64,000 nt of DNA, taken from a virus. The position numbers and the translations under genes are program-made. Under the pieces are notes generated by a model, which ran no database searches, was not told the origin of the DNA, and worked only from the letters and a program-made list of their open reading frames with translations. Where the stretch lies: the IMG/VR virus record IMGVR_UViG_3300037258_000145, positions 23,684-87,683 of that record; one strand, written 5' to 3'. Positions 37,275-48,062 of this stretch are shown here, in pieces. The stretch's first letter is position 1. Each line of letters begins with the position of its first letter.

Positions 37275-38565
37275 CGATGGGCCCCTTTCGAAGTTGGGAG
37301 TAGGTGACTAGACCGTGCGCGGCATCGGCGGCCTCGCGTTCTTTACGCTGTACGTTGTCGACGATCTGGCGCTCAAGGTTCGACACGACGATACGCACAT
37401 CGACCGGCTCGGTCTGGCCGAACCGGTAGCAGCGCCGGATGGCCTGGTAGTAGGCCTCGTAGCTATCAGACAAGCCGAGGAAGACCATGCGGGAGCACTG
37501 CTGGAAGTTCATCCCGAACCCAGCGATCGCCACCTTGGTCACCAGCACCCGGATAGCGCCATCCTGGAACGCCTCTAGAGCACTGGCCTTGGCCTCGGGC
37601 GTCATCGACCCTTCCACGTTCACGGCGCCTTTTACGCTCGCCGCCACCGCGTCAGCTTCGGCGTTCAGCCCGCACCATACGACCCACTGGTTGCCGTCGT
37701 CCACCAGACCGACCGTGCGGTCTACCCGGGCATCCATCGTGTGGTGACGGACCCTTGACCGCCCGCCGATCCCCCCAAGCTCGGTGGCGAAGAGTTGGCC
37801 CTCAGGGGTTATCTCGACGTCGACGACTTCGGGCGTGATCGTCAAGGGCGGCAGTTCGTAACCCTCGTCGGGATAACCCATGTCGGATGGCTTGCGCAGC
37901 GCTACGGCCCAGCCCGCCATCCACTGGTACATCGGTATCGCAGCGTGGCCCTTCAGACGCCAACCGACCTCGTCGTGGACAAAGAACGCCGCCAGCATCT
38001 CTCGCCGGCTCATCACACCCAGGAACTCGGCATGGTTGCACAACTCGGCTACGTCGTTCGGCGCCGGCGTCGCCGTGCAGGCCAGACGGGCAGGGACGGA
38101 AGCGAACGCCGTAGTCAGTCGTTGACGGACTCGGCCCTCAACGTTTTTCAGGATGCTCGACTCGTCCAGGACGACCGCCCCGAAGTCGGACGGGTCGAAC
38201 CCGTCGGTCATCTCGTAGTTCGTGACCCATATCCCAGGCCCGTTCGCCTCACTACCGTGGCGCACGTAACGAGCAGGGATACCTATCGATTCGGCCTCTC
38301 GGACGGTCTGACGGGCTACGGACAGCGGAGCGACGATCAGCGACTTAGCAGCGGAATGCCGCGCCCAGTCCAATTGACATCTCGTCTTGCCGAGCCCGCA
38401 GTCAGCGAAGATCGCCGCTCGGCCCTTACGGATAGCCCACGTTGTGATGTCCCGCTGGAAGTCGAACAGAGACGGGTGCAGATCGGACGGCTCGACGACG
38501 GGGCCGTGGTCTGGGGTCGCCCGCTGCTTGCGAGCCAGGAAGTCAGCGTAAGCCTCAGCGTTCAC
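37204..38565 (-). CDS. SNF2/DEAD-like superfamily 2 helicase
   Basis: DCGLGKT, VLDESS, TATPAPND, QAIRRCYRFGQ. Confidence 0.88.
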   Translation of the reverse strand: MNAEAYADFLARKQRATPDHGPVVEPSDLHPSLFDFQRDITTWAIRKGRAAIFADCGLGKTRCQLDWARHSAAKSLIVAPLSVARQTVREAESIGIPARYVRHGSEANGPGIWVTNYEMTDGFDPSDFGAVVLDESSILKNVEGRVRQRLTTAFASVPARLACTATPAPNDVAELCNHAEFLGVMSRREMLAAFFVHDEVGWRLKGHAAIPMYQWMAGWAVALRKPSDMGYPDEGYELPPLTITPEVVDVEITPEGQLFATELGGIGGRSRVRHHTMDARVDRTVGLVDDGNQWVVWCGLNAEADAVAASVKGAVNVEGSMTPEAKASALEAFQDGAIRVLVTKVAIAGFGMNFQQCSRMVFLGLSDSYEAYYQAIRRCYRFGQTEPVDVRIVVSNLERQIVDNVQRKEREAADAAHGLVTYSQLRKGPIDERPSAIRDGRRPRRMLASTTRR

Positions 38566-39346
38566 TTCAGCACCAGCGTGACTGTCGGGTCCAGGTGAGC
38601 TACCACGCCGTGGGTTTCGATGGCGCAAAACAAGGCGTCGGTCTCGGTCCAGAAGTGTTGCTTGTGCAGGTCAGGAGCCCCGACGTCGTAGGTGACCTCC
38701 CATTCTGGAGCGGTGAAAGTTATGGTCTTGCGCCCGTCCTCTGTTTTGCCGCGAACAATCTTCACAGCGGCACCACGGCGGCCTGGGCAGCCAGTTCCTT
38801 GTAGCGCACGTCTTCCCACATGCGACGGAAGGTGGCCTCGATTGTGTCGGGGACTTCCCCCTTCCACGAGGCGTAGTAGGAACCTTTCGGAGCGCCGCTC
38901 CTGTCGAGCCAGTAGTCGATGCGGTCTCGGACGATTAGCGCCCGCCAGTGCTCGCAGGACTCACATTCCGGCTCGTCCTTCGTCCATGTCAGGCCCAGTT
39001 CCCGGTAAATCTCTTCGCAACCGTTCAGACCGTTGATCAGCTCGGAGTCGAGCAGGTTGAGCACAAGGCAAAGGTCGGCCTCGTCGGCTGTGCGCCACCG
39101 GGACTTGATTGGCTGGCGTCGCTTCTCGAAGCGCTGAAGAGCGGCCAAGGTGTCCCGCTCCCAATCCTGCGGCTCCGCGCCCAAGAGCACGTCGGGATCG
39201 TCCACGTAAAGGCTCAAGCAGGCGATGACGGCCTCAAACAAGTCGGCGGGCACGCGCACTCGCACACCACGTCGCCCGAAGCGAAGCAACTGGCTCATTC
39301 GCGCTCCCACTCTGAAGCGGAGAAGGTGCGGGTCACGAAAGGAAGC

Positions 39347-39940
39347 TTAGCATGAGCGGTACTCCAGTCGGACCGTCCCGGATATCCTCTTGCCGTCCGC
39401 TCCCCTGACATTGAGCGCGTCGCCGAGTACCCATGTGCCCGGTTTGGTCTCGTTCAGGGCCACGGTCAGGAGCCTAAGCGCCTCTCCGCTGGTGACCATT
39501 TTCTCGGTAAATCGGAGCGTTCTCCAACCGAGCGCCGCGGCGTTTGATTGCTTGAGGCTGTCGTTCTCCACTCCCAGGCCCCGGACGTGCGCGCCGTCGG
39601 AGTAAGTACCGCCGTCGACTTCGGCTAGGACGCCGTGATCGGGCCAAGCGAAGTCCCAGCGCCAGCGCTTGCCTGTAGCGGCCAGGGCGGCCTTGTACTG
39701 ACGCGTGGGGGCAGGGAGACGGGCCATCTTGATCTGAGCCGCCAGGGCGTCCTCCAGCTTGTCTCTGTCGGCTTTGGCTACTGCTCGGCATAGCTCGTCA
39801 TTGGCTGGTGTTGGTACGGCTTTCAGGCCACAGCAAGGCGGGTTGCACTTCACTGCCGGGTTTTTGTGGTGGGGACAGTCGCACTTCTCGGCTAGTGCCG
39901 TGGGAGCGGACGGGCGGCGGTTTGGGGGATAGCGGGTCAC
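39347..39940 (-). CDS. PD-(D/E)XK / Vsr-like endonuclease (possible resolvase)
   Basis: RWRWDFAWP...AEVDGGTY..GAH...K...AAALGWRTLRFT. Confidence 0.75.
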   Translation of the reverse strand: MTRYPPNRRPSAPTALAEKCDCPHHKNPAVKCNPPCCGLKAVPTPANDELCRAVAKADRDKLEDALAAQIKMARLPAPTRQYKAALAATGKRWRWDFAWPDHGVLAEVDGGTYSDGAHVRGLGVENDSLKQSNAAALGWRTLRFTEKMVTSGEALRLLTVALNETKPGTWVLGDALNVRGADGKRISGTVRLEYRSC

Positions 39941-40816
39941 ATCGGACCCGTTTTGGATTCGCGGCTGAGCGAGATCGACCAGACCGGATCGCTGTTCCCG
40001 TTGCCGTAGCTGAGCGCTATGAACTCGATCGGACGGCTCTCGTCGATCACCAGATATGGACGATTGAGGTTCGACAGGTCAAGTTCGGCGTGCCAGTGCT
40101 TGCCCTTCCACTCCCAACGCCAGCGGTCTAACCAGTGCTCGACGCAGTAGCCGAAGATGGCGCGGTGATGACAGCGATAGCCCGGCGCCCAGGCCATAGT
40201 GTGGCAACAGCCGATCACTTCACAGCCCTCAGGTAGTCAGCCCTCCAACGCTTGCGAGCCTTGATGAGCGCCTTGACACCGGGCTCGTCTTGACGCTGCT
40301 GGAGGTAGTCGTACATGACATCATGGACAAGCTCGTGCGGCTTGCGGCTCTCCAAAGCGCAGATGGCGTCGAATACCTCGACCATCGATCCATTGCACAC
40401 CACGGCGTTGACGCGCCTGCGAGGGATGCCGTCAGGCCAGGGACGCGTCACTCATCGTCTCCGTCGATGATCTGGAAAAAGCATGGTCGACAGGCGGGCT
40501 TACCGCCGAAGGGGTCGGGCTTGACTCGGGTCTTGGCGCCGCAGTATTCGCACTGGCCGTCATCGCTGCCGCCTTCGCCCCAGACGGTGCCCTCTTCGGC
40601 GCGGGGCTTAGGCATGTTCGCCCCAATACGCAATGGCGTCATCCAAAGCCACGCGGTACTCCGGAGACATGGTGGTGATCGTTTGGCCAGGGATGTAGAA
40701 GGCCCAGATGCGGTCTCTGATCGACTTGGGTAATTGGTACCAGTGGCCTCGACAGGCCAAGCGGCTGTCTCCCACCTTGACATTGCACTTGGGTGCTGGG
40801 CAGTCGTGCTGGCCGT

Positions 40817-41149
40817 TCACCGGTAGTCGTCCTCATCCTCGCGGTCATGGGTGACGGCTTCCCTGGCCTCCAGCTCCCATCGCGTCGCTGGTCGGGGCTG
40901 GTTGTCAGCGGCCACCTTCCGAGCGATGGCCTCGGTGACCGGCGTCATCCGGTAGACCGAGGACGGGTTGAAGTATTGCGTCGCGACCCAGTCAGTGAGT
41001 AGACCGTCGGCCTTGGGTACGTCGATGCGCAAGAAGCCGTGCCCGGCGATGGTGGCCTCACTGACGAGACCGGCCATGCGGACGTGGCCCATCAGCTCCA
41101 ATATGACCCAAGAACTGAAGCCGTCCTCGGTCGAAGGTGTGTCGCTCAC
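40817..41149 (-). CDS. Conserved phage hypothetical protein
   Basis: WVILELMGHVRMAG...FLRIDVP...TQYFNPSSVYRMTP. Confidence 0.6.
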   Translation of the reverse strand: MSDTPSTEDGFSSWVILELMGHVRMAGLVSEATIAGHGFLRIDVPKADGLLTDWVATQYFNPSSVYRMTPVTEAIARKVAADNQPRPATRWELEAREAVTHDREDEDDYR

Positions 41150-41694
41150 GACCGGCCCTCATTTCTCACGAACACGTGCCCGATGAAGTGGCCCTCATCC
41201 ATCTGGAAGGTGGACAGGTACTTGAAGCTGTCCAGATCGTGGTATTCATGACCGGTGAGGGCTACTCGGACAAGCCAGTTCTGATGGACACCTAAGGGCG
41301 GGTTGGAGTTGACCTTGGCCCACAAGACAGGGAGCCCATGCTGGATTCGAACGGTCAGGGGTTCAGCGTGAATGGGCAAGCTCAAGGGGGTGTCCCCGAG
41401 AGCGAGCGGGTACTTGTAGACGACGCTCATCGGTCAGCCCACTTCACCTTGTCAGGGTGAGCGACCTGCCAAGCGAGGACGGCCTCCCGATGCGCTTCCA
41501 GTTCGCTGATCACGGCATCATCAACGACAGCCCGATCTTGGTACTCGCTCAAGTAAAAAGACAGGACGCTACAAGCCAGTCGGTCCTGCGCTCGAATGAC
41601 GATACAGGGCTCGTCCTCAGGAATGGGGCCGTGACCACCCACTCCGGGAGCCTTCACGACGACGTAGCGGGGTTTGAACATGATTCTCCTTTTC

Positions 41695-41722
41695 CATACG
41701 CGCGGTCACCGCGCGCTTTCAG
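41695..41722. repeat. Dispersed palindrome copy 5
   Basis: CATA-CGCGCGGTCACCGCGCG-CTTTCAG at a gene junction. Confidence 0.9.
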
Positions 41723-42069
41723 TCGACCAACGCGGATACTGCGGGCGGGGCGATCGGGCGGGGCGCGTGCCCGTCTGCCATCTCGGCCGCGGCGACGGAC
41801 TGGATGTGGCGGCAGGTCCGCTCGTACAGCGGGGCACCCATGCGCTTGAACCCGTCGTGACCGGCTGGGCAGCTGCAGGTCCACCACCGTCCCTCTTTGG
41901 GGGTGCTGTGGAACTGGACGAGACGGAAGGCCCCAGGCTCGCTCTTAGAGCTAACGAACCAGGTGTTCTCGGCCATCCCGTCATGGTCGTAGACCTTGAA
42001 TACCGACGTGCCCGAGACGGTGCGGGGCCAAGGTGCGGAGGTAGTGGTAGGAACTGGCGAGGTGGTCAT
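41719..42069 (-). CDS. SWIM zinc-finger protein, leaderless
   Basis: WTCSCPAG...TCRHI. Confidence 0.7.
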   Translation of the reverse strand: MTTSPVPTTTSAPWPRTVSGTSVFKVYDHDGMAENTWFVSSKSEPGAFRLVQFHSTPKEGRWWTCSCPAGHDGFKRMGAPLYERTCRHIQSVAAAEMADGHAPRPIAPPAVSALVD

Positions 42070-44123
42070 GCAAGCTAGCTTAGCAGATTCACGGCACGGC
42101 GCAACTACTCGCTGTCAGTCTCCGGGTCGGGGCTGTCGAGCGGGGCGCCTCCGAAGGGGAAGGTGTGCTCGCCGGTCTTTTCGGCGCGCTTGCGCTCCTT
42201 TTCGTCGGCCTTCATGGCTTCTACTTGGGCGATCATCTTGTTGACCGTGTCACCCGCTATCTCGTCAGGAATGTTGGCCACTCCGAGGGCGTAGACCACC
42301 TGGACACGGGTCAGGGTGACGTCGTCGGACTCGTCGCCCTTTTCGGGCTTGGTCTCGTCGAAGCGCACGCCTTGGCGACCGGGAGCACCGCAACGCCACT
42401 TGATGAGCGAGTACCCTTCGTCGCCGTCTTCGATACGGATCGGCGCCACCTTGACGGCGTCTCCCAAAGCGTCACCGAGGTCTCGGAAGATCATGGCGAC
42501 GGAGACGACCTCCTTGCCTTCGAACATCTCGGGCTCGAAGTCCCGGCTTAGTTGAGGGTCGGGCGGATCGAACGCGGGCGGCACGGATGCCAGATTACGA
42601 GCCATCGACTTGATCTCCTTGGGTTGGTGTAGCAGGGGGTACATCATCGAAAACGTCGGCCACTGACAGGTGCCACTCAGGCAGGGACCATTGTCCGTCG
42701 GGCCAGTACTCGGTAGTGACGGTGACGATCTGGGCGCCTTTGCGCTCGGTCACGATCCTGGCTATGCGCGGGCAGACGCCGAAGTGGAGGTACCCGCAGG
42801 TTGGGCAGTGTTCGGTCGCCCAGCGGCCCTGCATGTTGGAGCGCTCCTCAAGGTCGAGGGGCTTGCGGGGCAGGGGGAGCGGTTTCATCGCCTCGACGTC
42901 GGCGCGCAGGCGGGCCTCGGTGGTGTGCATGAGAGCATCGATGCGCTGCTCTACGGTCGCCTTGGGCGCCTTATCTCGCTCCAGCGCTCCGATACGCAGC
43001 ATGGCCGACAGGCGGAACCGGAAGGCCTTGCGACGGGCCTGGAGCAACTCCTCGGTGAGCTTGGCAACGGCAGCGGCGTGTGCCTCACGGATTTCCCGAA
43101 AGAAGTACCTCGAGCCCCAGACGGCGTAGACGGTCATGAGCACGGCCCAAAGACTGAGTGCCAGGGCTGCTATCGCCACGGCCACAACCTACGCCTGTGC
43201 GCTTCGGGCGGATCGGGGGGGGGTATCTCGGGTGCGGGCTCGGGTGACCACGGCGGCAAGTCGGAGGTGTCGGGTGTCCCATCCAGTAAGGGCAGCGCGG
43301 CCTCGATCGTGTAAATGATGCTGGCCATGTAGCGAGGGTGACCGTACGAGCACGGGACGTTCATGCAGGTGGCGCTGTGAGCCATGAACAGGCCCGTCAT
43401 GTAGGCCAGGACGTGGGACTCGTCTATGACGGCGAGGTTGGTCGCTATCGACGTGCGGATCTGGTCAGCCAACCACGTTGGTAGATCGCCGTGGGGATAG
43501 TTCATGGCGTCCATCTGGCCTCGACAGGCGCTCAGGAACGTCTCGACGTCGGCCCTGCTAGTCGGCATTGACCACTTCCTTGGCCTGAAGTCGTTCGATG
43601 GTGCGGCGAGCGTCGTCAGGGTCGAGTTTGGTCACCCGTACCCCGGCCTTGTCGTCGACCCACTCGGCTACTCGGAGCTTGCCGTCGTCCAGGACGCGGA
43701 CGAGCTGGGCGTGTACAACGGCCGGGAGGTGACCGAGACCGCGCTGGCAGACGTAGCCGAACTTGACCGACGGGCAGGGCTCGGGTGCCTTGACCTCGCG
43801 TAGACCGTCTCCGTGGGCCGTACAGACGTTGTGCACGACCCCAGCGACTTCCCACCGCTCGGTTGCCTGCTCGCCGCACAGGGCATCGCCAGCGGGGTCA
43901 GCGAGGGCTTCGCAGGGAAGGACGACCTCAGCCAAGGCTCGGCACCCAGTCGCGAGGCATGACGATGGTGGCCTTGAACTCGACCGTGGGCCCGCCGAAG
44001 ATGGTGTGACTGAAGCTGTCGTTGCGAGGCGTCAACTCGTAGTCCTTCAGATGACCGCCTTGTTGTTGCAACTCGGCGAGGTGGAGCTGCAACTGGTCGA
44101 TCGTCCAGGTCTTCATTGACCCT

Positions 44124-44930
44124 TCAGAACCCATCGATCTCATCTACGAATGCCGCCAGCCACTTGGTCACTTTGTTACCCATCTCGTCCTTCGGCACGA
44201 CGAGGCGATCACCGCTGAACGACAGATAGGCGCGGGCGATGAGGACAGGGTCGAACTCGGAGATGATGCGCTGGAGCGTGCCCGCGGCCTGTTCGTCTCG
44301 AGTTGAGGGCTCACCGGTCGTCTCCGGGCCCTCTTCCTTGACGCCCTCGGCGTCCTCGTACTCTTCCGGGCCCTCGTCGTCCTGCTCATCTTCGGCTTCC
44401 TCGATGATGGCCTCAACGGAGCGCAGGAACGGTTCGCCGGCAGGGGGCTCAGGCTCGACTACCTCAGGGATCAGGGGGCTCGGAGACTGCGGAGTACCCT
44501 CGACGGCCTTGGCCTCAGCCACCTTGGCGGCGACGTTCTCCCTCAGTGCGGCTGAACGGCTCTCCACGTCATCAGGAGCAGCTACCACAGCCTTGGCTAC
44601 CTCGGCGGCGCCCTCGACACCCAACGTCTCCGCAGCGCGGCCTGAGACTTCCTTGGCCACGGTGTGCTCGGGTAGGCCGGTCTGGACCGAGATTTCTTTG
44701 ATGACCTTGGCCTGGTTGACGAGGCGGTACCCCTGGCCCTTGGTCAGGTCGAACTCGCCGGTCACGTAGGCGCCGAAGTTCTTGTAATTGAGCGGCTCCC
44801 AGGCCCGGCCATCGTGGGCTTCACCGAGCAGGCTCCAGACCTCCTCGGCGCCTTTTCGGATCTTGTCGGTGAGCTTGGTGGCTTGGGCCAGGGTTAGAAC
44901 CGGATGGGTGACTTCGACTGCGGACGACAT
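44124..44930 (-). CDS. Phage hypothetical protein with acidic C-terminal half
   Basis: EAHDGRAWEPLNYKNFGAYVTGEF; GGAGG SD. Confidence 0.6.
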   Translation of the reverse strand: MSSAVEVTHPVLTLAQATKLTDKIRKGAEEVWSLLGEAHDGRAWEPLNYKNFGAYVTGEFDLTKGQGYRLVNQAKVIKEISVQTGLPEHTVAKEVSGRAAETLGVEGAAEVAKAVVAAPDDVESRSAALRENVAAKVAEAKAVEGTPQSPSPLIPEVVEPEPPAGEPFLRSVEAIIEEAEDEQDDEGPEEYEDAEGVKEEGPETTGEPSTRDEQAAGTLQRIISEFDPVLIARAYLSFSGDRLVVPKDEMGNKVTKWLAAFVDEIDGF

Positions 44931-45082
44931 GGGGACCTCCTAGAACGACGTCGGGGTGGCGTCTGGATCGATCAGCCTAATTGGGTAGTGCCGCTCCACG
45001 GCGAGTATGACCTCGGCGCCGCTCAAGGCTCGGCACAGGTGTTGGGCGGGGACTGACTCATGGCAGAAGTGACAGGGGGTGG

Positions 45083-46243
45083 TCATGAAACGGACGTTAG
45101 CAGATCAAGCCGAGCGCGCAGTTCGTGAATGGCGACCGCAGCCTGCAACCAGACAACCGAGTTACCCGCGAGCCGCTTCTTAGCGCTGTTGGAAACGCCG
45201 TCCAACCAGCCCTCAGGAAGGAACTGCATCCACGCTGAGAAGTCCCCATTGAGCGATCGGCCGATGGTGGGAGCCGGCCAAGGACGGCCTAGAACAGCGG
45301 CATGTCGTCGGAGGGCGGGCCCGTAGTCTCGGATAGTTCCGTCAGGCATTCGAGCGAGAAAAGACCCGTCACGTCCGTCAGGTCGTGAGCCATCGTCCGG
45401 TGTCCTCCCCTGCGCCCGCGTCCCTTCTCGTCGTGGGCTGTCGGTGTTGGCAGGAGCGCTGTCACAATCGCTGGCAGGGAGACCCCCCCTCCCTCTTGGC
45501 AGCATCCTTCGGCCCCGGTCCCGTCCGAGGCCGTCGGCGTCGGGAGCAGTGACAAGCCGCGGGCCGCTTCGGTCAGCGTCGTCCCCGCTTTCGGTCTGTC
45601 GGGTCTGTCCGCTTGTCCCGCCGAGCTCTTCGCATCCCCCGCCGTTGGAGTGGGCAGCAGACAGCCCGTCAGGAGAACCTGCAACGAAGTCACCACCGTG
45701 TGTTGGCTGCCGTCTATCCGGTTCTTCTTGTGCAGGTGCATCTCCGGTGTCCCCGCCGCGTCCTGCGCCACTGGAGTGGGCAACAATGAAGAACCGGTCT
45801 CGCTGGTGGCAGGCTCCAATGTCGGCTGCGCCGAGAACCCTCCAAGATCCCACGTACCCGAGCTGGGCAAGCTGATAGAGGGTGGCTCCAAGGAAAGGAG
45901 CGAACCCTGTGGGATTCTCAAAGACCAGCCATCGAGGTCGCAATCTTCCCACCGCATCGAGTACGTCGGGCCAGAGGAAGCGGTCATCGTCGGGTCCCTT
46001 TCTAAGGCCGGCTTGGCTAACAGGTTGGCACGGCGGGCCACCGCACAGAATGTCGACCGGCTCGACCGTCGACCAGTCCACCGTCTTGATGTCACCCAGG
46101 TTCGGTACACCGGGGTAGTGACGGGCCAGCACCTTGCAGGCGTCTTTGTCCACCTCGCACTGCCACGCCGGCAGGGCGCCGAAAACAGCCTCCACGGCTC
46201 GGTCGAGACCGGCGACTCCGGTGCATATCGAGCCATAGTTCAC
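45083..46243 (-). CDS. C5 cytosine DNA methyltransferase
   Basis: Motif I ICTGVAG, IV GGPPCQ, VI FENP, VIII HQRDRFF, IX/X WMQFLPEGW...LAGNSVV. Confidence 0.9.
   Translation of the reverse strand: MNYGSICTGVAGLDRAVEAVFGALPAWQCEVDKDACKVLARHYPGVPNLGDIKTVDWSTVEPVDILCGGPPCQPVSQAGLRKGPDDDRFLWPDVLDAVGRLRPRWLVFENPTGFAPFLGATLYQLAQLGYVGSWRVLGAADIGACHQRDRFFIVAHSSGAGRGGDTGDAPAQEEPDRRQPTHGGDFVAGSPDGLSAAHSNGGGCEELGGTSGQTRQTESGDDADRSGPRLVTAPDADGLGRDRGRRMLPRGRGGLPASDCDSAPANTDSPRREGTRAQGRTPDDGSRPDGRDGSFLARMPDGTIRDYGPALRRHAAVLGRPWPAPTIGRSLNGDFSAWMQFLPEGWLDGVSNSAKKRLAGNSVVWLQAAVAIHELRARLDLLTSVS
45289..46236 (-). CDS. Nested alternative-frame ORF with four LLPTP(T/V)AxD repeats (putative target-recognition subunit)
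   Basis: LLPTPVAQD, LLPTPTAGD, LLPTPTASD, LLPTPTAHD in the frame overlapping the methylase variable region. Confidence 0.55.
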   Translation of the reverse strand: MARYAPESPVSTEPWRLFSAPCRRGSARWTKTPARCWPVTTPVYRTWVTSRRWTGRRSSRSTFCAVARRANLLAKPALERDPTMTASSGPTYSMRWEDCDLDGWSLRIPQGSLLSLEPPSISLPSSGTWDLGGFSAQPTLEPATSETGSSLLPTPVAQDAAGTPEMHLHKKNRIDGSQHTVVTSLQVLLTGCLLPTPTAGDAKSSAGQADRPDRPKAGTTLTEAARGLSLLPTPTASDGTGAEGCCQEGGGVSLPAIVTALLPTPTAHDEKGRGRRGGHRTMAHDLTDVTGLFSLECLTELSETTGPPSDDMPLF

Positions 46244-46785
46244 TAGCTCGCCTGAGATTCAGACAGCGGCAATGACCGGGTCTCGTGAATGTCGATGGCT
46301 TCGCGCTCGGCTGTCGTGGCCCGTTCCTCAAGCAGGATGACAGCTTGGAGAGCGGCTTCGTAGGTGAGCGAGACGTCGACCTGAGTGGGGGCGTCCAGCC
46401 CGTTCAGCTTGGCTCGGCGCTCCATGATGCGAAGTACGGCCTGGATGCCGGCGAGGCGGGCGCTCATGTCCACCAGCGGTCTGCCGGATTCGGGGTCCAT
46501 GGCGATCCGCCCTGACGCCGCCACGTGGTAGCCGGGTCTTGCCACTACGCCCCAGCCGATACGCTCCAGTTCGTCCAGGGCTTCGTTTTCCTGCGCCCGG
46601 CGTACCTTGGCCTCGGGGACGTCGAGGTGGTCCAGGCCCCTGTCGACCAGTTTCTTAGCCATCCAACCTGATACGCCCATCTCTCGGGCTATAGCCGGGA
46701 TGGTGAGCTTGCGGGCCCAGAGTTGGAGAGCCTTCCTTTGTCGCTCGCGGTCGGCCAGCATCTTGGCCCGGTCCGGTTCGCTCAC
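46243..46785 (-). CDS. HTH protein, terminase small subunit-like
   Basis: [21 protein letters not shown]...[17 protein letters not shown]. Confidence 0.65.
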   Translation of the reverse strand: MSEPDRAKMLADRERQRKALQLWARKLTIPAIAREMGVSGWMAKKLVDRGLDHLDVPEAKVRRAQENEALDELERIGWGVVARPGYHVAASGRIAMDPESGRPLVDMSARLAGIQAVLRIMERRAKLNGLDAPTQVDVSLTYEAALQAVILLEERATTAEREAIDIHETRSLPLSESQAS

Positions 46786-47144
46786 AGGATCTCTCGCACT
46801 TCCACGCCAGCCTTGCGAGCGCGCTGCACCATGTCGGCCGTGCCTCGTCCTCCGGGGAAAGCCACGACCAGATCGGGTTTGCCCTCATCAAGCATCCGCT
46901 GGTTACGGACCACGCCCGCTGCCTTGCCGTAACGCTGCCAGTCGGCCTGGAATAGCAGCTCGTCGCCCTCATGGTCCTCGGCAAGTATCTGTGCCCATTC
47001 GCGGGCCAATCTGTCGGCTCCTGGCGCACCGCCATGAATGATCGTCACGAACCGGCCGGCCTCATGTTCCCAGATGTCGTTCAAGACCTTGTCGAGCTTG
47101 ACCCAATCGGTGAAGTCGCGACCGCCAGTAACGAGGATGCGCAT
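46782..47144 (-). CDS. SLOG/YspA-like (DUF2493) protein
   Basis: [11 protein letters not shown]...[10 protein letters not shown]...[13 protein letters not shown]...[11 protein letters not shown]. Confidence 0.85.
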   Translation of the reverse strand: MRILVTGGRDFTDWVKLDKVLNDIWEHEAGRFVTIIHGGAPGADRLAREWAQILAEDHEGDELLFQADWQRYGKAAGVVRNQRMLDEGKPDLVVAFPGGRGTADMVQRARKAGVEVREIL

Positions 47145-47792
47145 TACCACACCACACACTTTCTCGCTAGGCCCCGGGCCTTGAGCGGAGACGGGGCCGT
47201 GCCGACGAGGCGGGAGTGCAGCTCGTCGTCGGCTACGTAGACCTTCCAACGGGTGTCGGTCAGGGTGGAGGTGTCGTGCAGGATCACCACGCCTGCCAAG
47301 CAGCCCGTCTCTTTGATGTGCAGGAAGGCTCGGGCGGCGCCGTGCTGGGGACCGGACTGGATGGCCACAAAGCCATGGTCGTCACAACTCACCACGACGT
47401 GCCCGCCTGTCGCTGCCACCACGATCACCACAGCATCCCGTGGTCGTTCGGGTCGGACGTGTCCATGCCTGGATAGTTGCGATCGTCGTGATAGCGCTTC
47501 ATGGGACCGTACACAGTTCTGACAGCAAAGCCGGGAATACCCAGTCCGAAATCGTCATCGCCAGTCGCTGGACGGATGGGTGCGCGTAGTTCCTTCTCGT
47601 CCACAGAGCACATAGGTTGATCAGGCATATCGCCTGCTTGGACACCGATCCAGCGAAAGGGCTCGTCACATGCGGCGCAGTTGACCCGCACGCTGGTGGT
47701 GAAGCCGATTACCGGACCATCCTCGGTCTCAGTGCGACGGATGACTTCTACTGTGGCGACGAAGTCAGGATGCTCGCACGGTCGATCGGGGT

Positions 47793-48062
47793 TCACTGGC
47801 CGTTTGCTCGGGAAGCGTGGCGCAGTTTCTTGGACCGTAGCTCATGGATCTGCATCGTCACCGCTACTCCGCTGATACCGCACGCCTGGCCTACGGTCTT
47901 GGTTGTGACCAACAGGTCCCTGGCCTCGGCCATGGCTTGGGTGCGCGCTATTTCGACCTCTTCGACCATGTGCTCCAGACGGTCTATCTCGGCTGTGTAG
48001 CGCCTGATCTTGTCGAGTAGGACATCCGCCCGGGGGTCGTCGATCTGTCTAGCGAGAGCCAT
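47793..48062 (-). CDS. Small HTH-like protein, leaderless
   Basis: TKTVGQACGISGVAV; GCTAAGCT upstream. Confidence 0.5.
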   Translation of the reverse strand: MALARQIDDPRADVLLDKIRRYTAEIDRLEHMVEEVEIARTQAMAEARDLLVTTKTVGQACGISGVAVTMQIHELRSKKLRHASRANGQ

